A stretch of 43,159 nucleotides of DNA from a virus (taxonomy: Duplodnaviria > Caudoviricetes): positions 1 through 43,159 of the IMG/VR virus record IMGVR_UViG_3300017785_002618; one strand, written 5' to 3'. The notes under the pieces are model-generated. The model was not told the origin of the DNA, did not search any database, and saw only the letters and a program-made list of their open reading frames with translations. The position numbers and the translations under genes were made by a program. Below, piece after piece: positions 38,695 through 43,159 of the stretch. Each line of letters starts with the position of its first letter. The first letter of the stretch is position 1.

Positions 38695-39198
38695 TTATTT
38701 GATTTGTAAGCTAGTGCCTTGCGTTAATCTTGCGCCTTCAATAATTACCCCTTCCTTCAAGTCATCCTTTAGTCTATTTTTATTCAATACTGGAGCAGGT
38801 GGTGGAGGAATGTCAAAATATTCATCTGGAATTGAATCCATGTTTAAAACATCAATACTTGGCGGATTGGTGCGAATGCTAATAGAAAATTCAGGAAAAT
38901 CCATTTTCTTAATGCCAGTCCTTATCATGGCTTGAATTTGATAAGACTTTAAGCGTTCAATTTTTAAGTCTAGATTTCTTCGGCTTTCATACATTTCTTT
39001 TTCGGCAGCTTTTCTAGCATCAGAAAGTGCTTGTAAATTTTTAATATACATCGCAACTGCATGGCTTTTATCAGTTACTTCTCCTTGAAGTTGGTCAAGA
39101 GCAATTTGATATTCTTCGTCCGATAATTCAGAACTTTCTAACTCTGATAGTTTTATCAAAAACTGATCTGCGATTTGATACAAAGCTAAATTAGACAT
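38695..39198 (-). CDS. Siphovirus Gp157-like protein
   Basis: LYQI start, coiled coil, IP.EY...K..LK..LK.G..IEGARL...SLQIK. Confidence 0.85.
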   Translation of the reverse strand: MSNLALYQIADQFLIKLSELESSELSDEEYQIALDQLQGEVTDKSHAVAMYIKNLQALSDARKAAEKEMYESRRNLDLKIERLKSYQIQAMIRTGIKKMDFPEFSISIRTNPPSIDVLNMDSIPDEYFDIPPPPAPVLNKNRLKDDLKEGVIIEGARLTQGTSLQIK

Positions 39199-40108
39199 TT
39201 TTATTCTCCAATTCTGATTTACGGGCATCTTTTAAGTCTGTAAAAACTTTAATGGACTGATAATCTTCTTGCGATTGCGCCAAGCGATATGCTGATTTGT
39301 AATTTTTTACTAAGTCATCCATCGTATGTGATTCTTGAATGGCGGTAGATAACTTAATAATTTCATTTTCTGATAATGGAGTTTTATCCATTTTTAATTT
39401 TGCATTAGCATCCTCATTAACTACTGGGACATCAATGACAATTCCTTCTCCCCCATCATTGTTCAAATAATGAATAGCTGATTCAAGTCGATCATTTCGA
39501 GGCCAATATTTATAAGCACGCTTAACTACCGTTTTTTTATACATCTCTACGGGGTCGGTGTCCCAAGGTGTTTGCTTTCCTGCTTTTACAGCTTGGCTAC
39601 GGGCTTTAATAGATAGAATCTCATCAATGCTCATGCAATCTGTAAGGTAATCTCCATCTTTTGTTTTTGCGGTTACATAAGCCCCGACAATTTCACCTCG
39701 ATCTTTTGCAAATGGATTGTGTTTATGGATTGGCTCTTTTCCTAGTCCGTTGAGTTCAAAATTATCTTTTTCTCGAACAACATCAGCCTGCACCCAAAGA
39801 ACTGCTCCCGTTGCTGTTGCTAAATCCATCAATCCCATGTAACTAATATCTAGGCATATTTGACCATTACGAGGCACCAAATACGCTTGTTTTTTTGCAG
39901 GGTTCAAACTAATGCCAATAGCCCCGAGGTTTTGAATTGATCGGATTAAAGAATCTTTTTTACTAAGGGCAATTTTTAAAGCGTATTCATTGGCTAATAG
40001 TGATTGACACGCAAAACCAGCTTCACTTTCAAAATTAAGTGAGTTATCCGATTGAACGGCTAAAAATTTTTCTTTAGCAGTGCCGACAATTTGAATGATG
40101 TTTTCCAT
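39191..40108 (-). CDS. recT: RecT-family single-strand annealing recombinase
   Basis: GISLNPAKKQAYLVPR, LDISYMGL, VREKD.F and PW.TD..EM.KKTVVKRAYKYWP motifs. Confidence 0.92.
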   Translation of the reverse strand: MENIIQIVGTAKEKFLAVQSDNSLNFESEAGFACQSLLANEYALKIALSKKDSLIRSIQNLGAIGISLNPAKKQAYLVPRNGQICLDISYMGLMDLATATGAVLWVQADVVREKDNFELNGLGKEPIHKHNPFAKDRGEIVGAYVTAKTKDGDYLTDCMSIDEILSIKARSQAVKAGKQTPWDTDPVEMYKKTVVKRAYKYWPRNDRLESAIHYLNNDGGEGIVIDVPVVNEDANAKLKMDKTPLSENEIIKLSTAIQESHTMDDLVKNYKSAYRLAQSQEDYQSIKVFTDLKDARKSELENKNV

Positions 40109-40159
40109 TATTTAGTATCCTTTTTGAATGTTTTTTGTAAATTAAGTTAAATAAGTTTT

Positions 40160-40654
40160 TTAGTCTTTCATTTGAGATTTAACAAATTTCAACCATGCCT
40201 TTTCGTGTTTAAAAGCTTCAAAAAGAATGGCCTCTGTTTTATTTTTGACATGCTGCAAAGCCCACCCCTTCTGTTTTACTGCTGCTAGGCAGATTTCTTC
40301 GGTTTGCTGCAGGACATGCTGCAAAGCCCACCCATCCTGTTTCACTGCTGCCAGGCAGATTTCTTCAGTTTGCCGCAGGACATCATACAAAGCCAGCCCA
40401 TCCTGTTTCACTGCTGCTAGGCACATTTCTTCGGTTTGATATCTGACAAACTTCAAAGCCCACCAATTCTGTTTTACTGCTGCCAGGCAGATTTCTTCGG
40501 TTCGCTCTTTGACATACTGCACAGCGCACCCATCCTGTTTCACTGCTGCCAGGCAGATTTCTTCAGTTTGCTCTTTGACAAACTTCAAAGCCCGCCCATC
40601 CTGTTTCACTGCTGCCAATGCTTCTGCTTCTGTTGTTATTTCTTGATATTTCAT
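40160..40654 (-). CDS. DUF4116-like helical repeat protein (about 6 x 22 aa, 66-nt period)
   Basis: EEICLAAVKQDGxALxxVxxQT tandem units; AAGGAG RBS. Confidence 0.85.
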   Translation of the reverse strand: MKYQEITTEAEALAAVKQDGRALKFVKEQTEEICLAAVKQDGCAVQYVKERTEEICLAAVKQNWWALKFVRYQTEEMCLAAVKQDGLALYDVLRQTEEICLAAVKQDGWALQHVLQQTEEICLAAVKQKGWALQHVKNKTEAILFEAFKHEKAWLKFVKSQMKD

Positions 40655-40832
40655 TTTTTCTCCTTTGATTGAATAAAATCGGCGGTTTGATTGCCAAAGA
40701 CACTAGACTTTGTCGTTTCCTTGTTACCATCACTTGCCGCTTAATTTTTTTGAGTTGCATCTTACGATATTCGCCTTGGTTCTCAGTCAATTTGGCTAAA
40801 ACTTACTAACATCAACTCATAAAACTAATGTC

Positions 40833-40861
40833 AGTATATCCCATAAAAAACAAGATTGCAA
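40833..40861 (-). promoter_or_regulatory. Leftward sigma70 promoter (PL-like)
   Basis: Minus strand TTGCAA-N17-TATACT in the divergent intergenic region. Confidence 0.65.
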
Positions 40862-40920
40862 TACATATGTTAAAATATTTTTTCTTTGCATTAAAATAAC
40901 ATTTTAAAAGGAAAAATTAC

Positions 40921-41148
40921 ATGAATGCTTTTAAAGAAAATCGTCTGCGAATGAGGTTAAAACAAGGCGAAATGGCGAAAATTCTAGGATGCTCAAATGC
41001 TAGTTTGTCATTTATTGAGCATGGACGCAGAGTCCCGCCTATTGAAACTGCAAAAAAATTTATTGCTTATTGCAAAACAGAAAAAATTAAGGTTACACTA
41101 GACGAGATTTACAAAGATGTCCAATCAAACTTAGGAGAATCAAAATGA
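40921..41148 (+). CDS. XRE/Cro-like HTH regulator
   Basis: 75 aa; R....LKQ.EMA..LG.S...LS.IE.G.R.P; no C-terminal peptidase domain. Confidence 0.85.
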   Translation: MNAFKENRLRMRLKQGEMAKILGCSNASLSFIEHGRRVPPIETAKKFIAYCKTEKIKVTLDEIYKDVQSNLGESK

Positions 41149-41759
41149 ACCACAAAGAAAATTTAGAATCATTAGGATTTGAAGTAAACGGAACTGTAAC
41201 TTTTGAAGATGGTTTTTACTCAGTAGACGGCAATGTAGTTTTAAAAAGGCAATGTGAAACACTGCCTGCTAAATTCAAGTTCGTAGGCGGTGATTTCATT
41301 TGCTCTTACAACCAACTAACTACCTTAGAAGGTGCGCCTAAAGAAGTAGGTGGTACTTTCGTTTGCTCTAGAAACAAGCTAACTACGTTAGAAGGAGCGC
41401 CTAAAAAAGTAGGCGGTAATTTCGTTTGCTATAACAACCAGCTAACTACCTTAGACGGAGCACCTAAAAAAGTAGGTGGTATTTTCGATTGCTCTTACAA
41501 CAAGCTAACCACCTTAAAAGGTGCACCTAAAGAAGTAGGTGGTCATTTCTTTTGCTATAACAACCAACTAACTACGTTAGAAGGTGCGCCTAAAAAAGTA
41601 GGTGGTACTTTCTGTTGCTATGACAACCAACTAACTACCTTAAACGGTGCGCCTAAAAAAGTAGGTGGTTCTTTCGATTGCAATAACAACAAGCTAACCA
41701 CCTTAAACGGAGCGCCTAAAAAAGTAGGCGGTTCTTTCTTTTGCGATAATCAAACTTAG
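41145..41759 (+). CDS. LRR-like variable repeat protein, copy C (47-aa cap + 7 x 21 aa + 10 aa)
   Basis: ATGA overlap with the Cro-like gene; same cap and repeats. Confidence 0.9.
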   Translation: MNHKENLESLGFEVNGTVTFEDGFYSVDGNVVLKRQCETLPAKFKFVGGDFICSYNQLTTLEGAPKEVGGTFVCSRNKLTTLEGAPKKVGGNFVCYNNQLTTLDGAPKKVGGIFDCSYNKLTTLKGAPKEVGGHFFCYNNQLTTLEGAPKKVGGTFCCYDNQLTTLNGAPKKVGGSFDCNNNKLTTLNGAPKKVGGSFFCDNQT

Positions 41760-41793
41760 GATAATTAAAATGAACTATAAAGAAAATTTAGAA
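41715..41793 (+). repeat. 79-bp perfect inverted repeat of 37130-37208
   Basis: Spans the end of copy C, the 10-bp spacer and the start of copy D. Confidence 0.9.
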
Positions 41794-42474
41794 TCATTAG
41801 GATTTGAAGTAAGAGGTAATGTAACTTTTGAAGATGGTTTTTACTCGGTAGACGGTGATGTAGCTTTAAGAAAGAAATGTGAAACACTACCGGCTAAATT
41901 CAAGTTTGTAAGTGGTGGTTTCAATTGCTCTAACAACCAGCTAACCACGCTAGAAGGTGCGCCTAAAAAAGTAGGCGGTGGTTTCTATTGCTCTAACAAC
42001 CAACTAACTACGTTAGAAGGAGCGCCTAAAAAAGTAAGTGGTGATTTCGATTGCTATAACAACAAGCTAACCACCTTAGACGGAGCACCTAAAAAAGTAG
42101 GTGGTACTTTCTTTTGCCCTAACAACCAACTAACTACGTTAGAAGGTGCGCCTAAAAAAGTAGGCGGTGATTTCTATTGCGATAACAACCAACTAACTAC
42201 CTTAGAAGGAGCACCTAAAAAAGTAGGTGGTGATTTCTATTGCTATAACAACAAGCTAACCACGCTAGAAGGAGCGCCTAAAAAAGTAGGTGGTGGTTTC
42301 TTTTGCAATTTCAACCAGCTAACCACGCTAGAAGGTGCTCCTAAAAAAGTAGGTGGTTCTTTCTTTTGCGATAACAACCAGCTAACCACGTTAGAAGGTG
42401 CGCCTAAAGAAGTAGATGGTTCTTTCGATTGCGATAACAACAAACTAACTGACTTAGAAGGAGCGCCTAAATGA
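41770..42474 (+). CDS. LRR-like variable repeat protein, copy D (47-aa cap + 8 x 21 aa + 19 aa)
   Basis: Same cap and repeat consensus. Confidence 0.9.
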   Translation: MNYKENLESLGFEVRGNVTFEDGFYSVDGDVALRKKCETLPAKFKFVSGGFNCSNNQLTTLEGAPKKVGGGFYCSNNQLTTLEGAPKKVSGDFDCYNNKLTTLDGAPKKVGGTFFCPNNQLTTLEGAPKKVGGDFYCDNNQLTTLEGAPKKVGGDFYCYNNKLTTLEGAPKKVGGGFFCNFNQLTTLEGAPKKVGGSFFCDNNQLTTLEGAPKEVDGSFDCDNNKLTDLEGAPK

Positions 42475-42635
42475 TTGCAGAACACATAATAAAAGCAAAA
42501 AAAATTATGAAGCAAATAGAGGTTTTATTAGCTTGCCCTACTAAAGTTTGCCACGAAAAGATTGAGCAACAACTACTGGAGCTAGATAAAACTACATCGC
42601 AGATTTGGATTGAATTTGATAGGGAGAAGAAATGA
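42471..42635 (+). CDS. 54-aa hypothetical protein (MIAEHIIKAKKIMKQ...)
   Basis: ATGA overlaps at both ends; AGGAG upstream; read manually. Confidence 0.65.
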   Translation: MIAEHIIKAKKIMKQIEVLLACPTKVCHEKIEQQLLELDKTTSQIWIEFDREKK

Positions 42636-42838
42636 GTCACTATACACAAGGCTACGAGGATGGCGTTACAGCCACTAAAGCGGAATATTTAAAACTGATT
42701 GAAGAAGAAAGCAATCCAGCAAAAGAACTAACAGATGAGGAAATAGCTTTAGTTTGGGATAAATTTAGTGCGTTACCAAGCCCAAAAGATATTAAAGATT
42801 TTGCTAGATCAATAATAAAAAAGGCACAAGAGAAATGA
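42632..42838 (+). CDS. Small hypothetical early phage protein
   Basis: YTQGYEDG and KELTDEEI...FARSII.KAQEK motifs; ATGA-coupled. Confidence 0.75.
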   Translation: MSHYTQGYEDGVTATKAEYLKLIEEESNPAKELTDEEIALVWDKFSALPSPKDIKDFARSIIKKAQEK

Positions 42839-43159
42839 ACACAATTAAAGCATTTTTAAATGGATTTGTTGATGGACTTGGTTTTGGGTGTATTTGGCGT
42901 TATTTAAGAAAGGCACACAAAGAAATGAAATATAAAGAAAATTTAAAAGCATTAGGATTTGAAGTAACGGGAACTGTAACTTTTGAAGATGGTTTTTACT
43001 CAGTAGAAGGTGATGTACTTTTAAAAAAGAAATGTAAGACACTACCTGCTAAATTCAATTTCGTAAGTGGTTTTTTCTTTTGCTATAACAACCATCTAAC
43101 TACCCTAGACGGAGCACCTAAAGAAGTAGATGGTTCTTTCGATTGCGATAACAACAAAC
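42835..43159 (+). CDS. LRR-like variable repeat protein, copy E (3'-truncated by the window end; cap ATG at 42925, in-frame upstream ATG at 42835)
   Basis: MKYKENLKALGFEVTG...FNFV cap, then SGFFFCYNNHLTTLDGAPKEV-DGSFDCDNNK; open to the end of the window. Confidence 0.85.
   Translation, partial: MNTIKAFLNGFVDGLGFGCIWRYLRKAHKEMKYKENLKALGFEVTGTVTFEDGFYSVEGDVLLKKKCKTLPAKFNFVSGFFFCYNNHLTTLDGAPKEVDGSFDCDNNK

Larger units (their letters stand above)
1..43159. mobile_element. Near-complete myovirus-type phage genome, probably circular and broken within an LRR-repeat gene
   Basis: Packaging, head, tail, baseplate, lysis, replication and recombination modules are all present with no host housekeeping genes; both ends lie in the same 63-nt repeat family on the + strand. 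Confidence 0.92.

Noticed and set aside
40563-40790. 75-aa ORF as an N-like antiterminator
   Set aside because: It is Arg/Lys-rich but has a TTG start without an RBS and overlaps the DUF4116-like gene out of frame; support is insufficient
37842-41144. Site-specific invertase (Gin/Hin or shufflon Rci) system
   Set aside because: No serine or tyrosine recombinase motifs are recognisable and no short crossover sites were found; the flanks are long coding repeats
36407-43159. 63-nt periodic repeats as a CRISPR array
   Set aside because: The units are in-frame coding repeats with codon-structured variation, there are no unique spacers, and no cas genes are present
36407-43159. Classical diversity-generating retroelement
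   Set aside because: No reverse transcriptase, Avd or non-coding template repeat is visible and silent adenines are invariant; only the codon pattern is kept as a finding

Overview
The window looks like a nearly complete, AT-rich genome of a tailed dsDNA phage with a contractile tail. Its structural genes resemble the DUF1073-portal / DUF2184-capsid / DUF3383-sheath type, and a Proteobacterial host is inferred. Both ends fall inside the same repeat-gene family on the same strand, so the contig is probably a circle broken in a repeat. The minus strand runs from about 40.6 kb down to 1.9 kb through recombination genes (RecT, Gp157), replication genes (ParB-like, SF2 helicase, TOPRIM primase), NinB/NinG, a helicase-methyltransferase fusion, terminase, portal, an unusual fibre-like cluster in the head region, capsid, neck, tail, baseplate and lysis. 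A short plus-strand arm holds a Cro-like gene and small genes. No integrase, CI repressor, tRNA, CRISPR array or reverse transcriptase is visible. The most striking feature is at least five paralogous early genes built from a shared 47-aa cap plus 63-nt (21-aa) LRR-like repeats. Their scaffold codons are nearly invariant, while the predicted concave-face codons are hypervariable. Two of them form a two-gene cassette that is duplicated in inverted orientation around the Cro-RecT segment, which suggests a recombination-shuffled, antibody/VLR-like binder repertoire. Other observations are a second variable-repeat gene (DUF4116-like), an in-frame TAA in the tape-measure gene, a -1 tail-chaperone frameshift, a probable ATT start codon, a duplicated 62-bp promoter, and hairpin-dense non-coding regions. 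All family names come from motif recognition and gene order, not from database searches.
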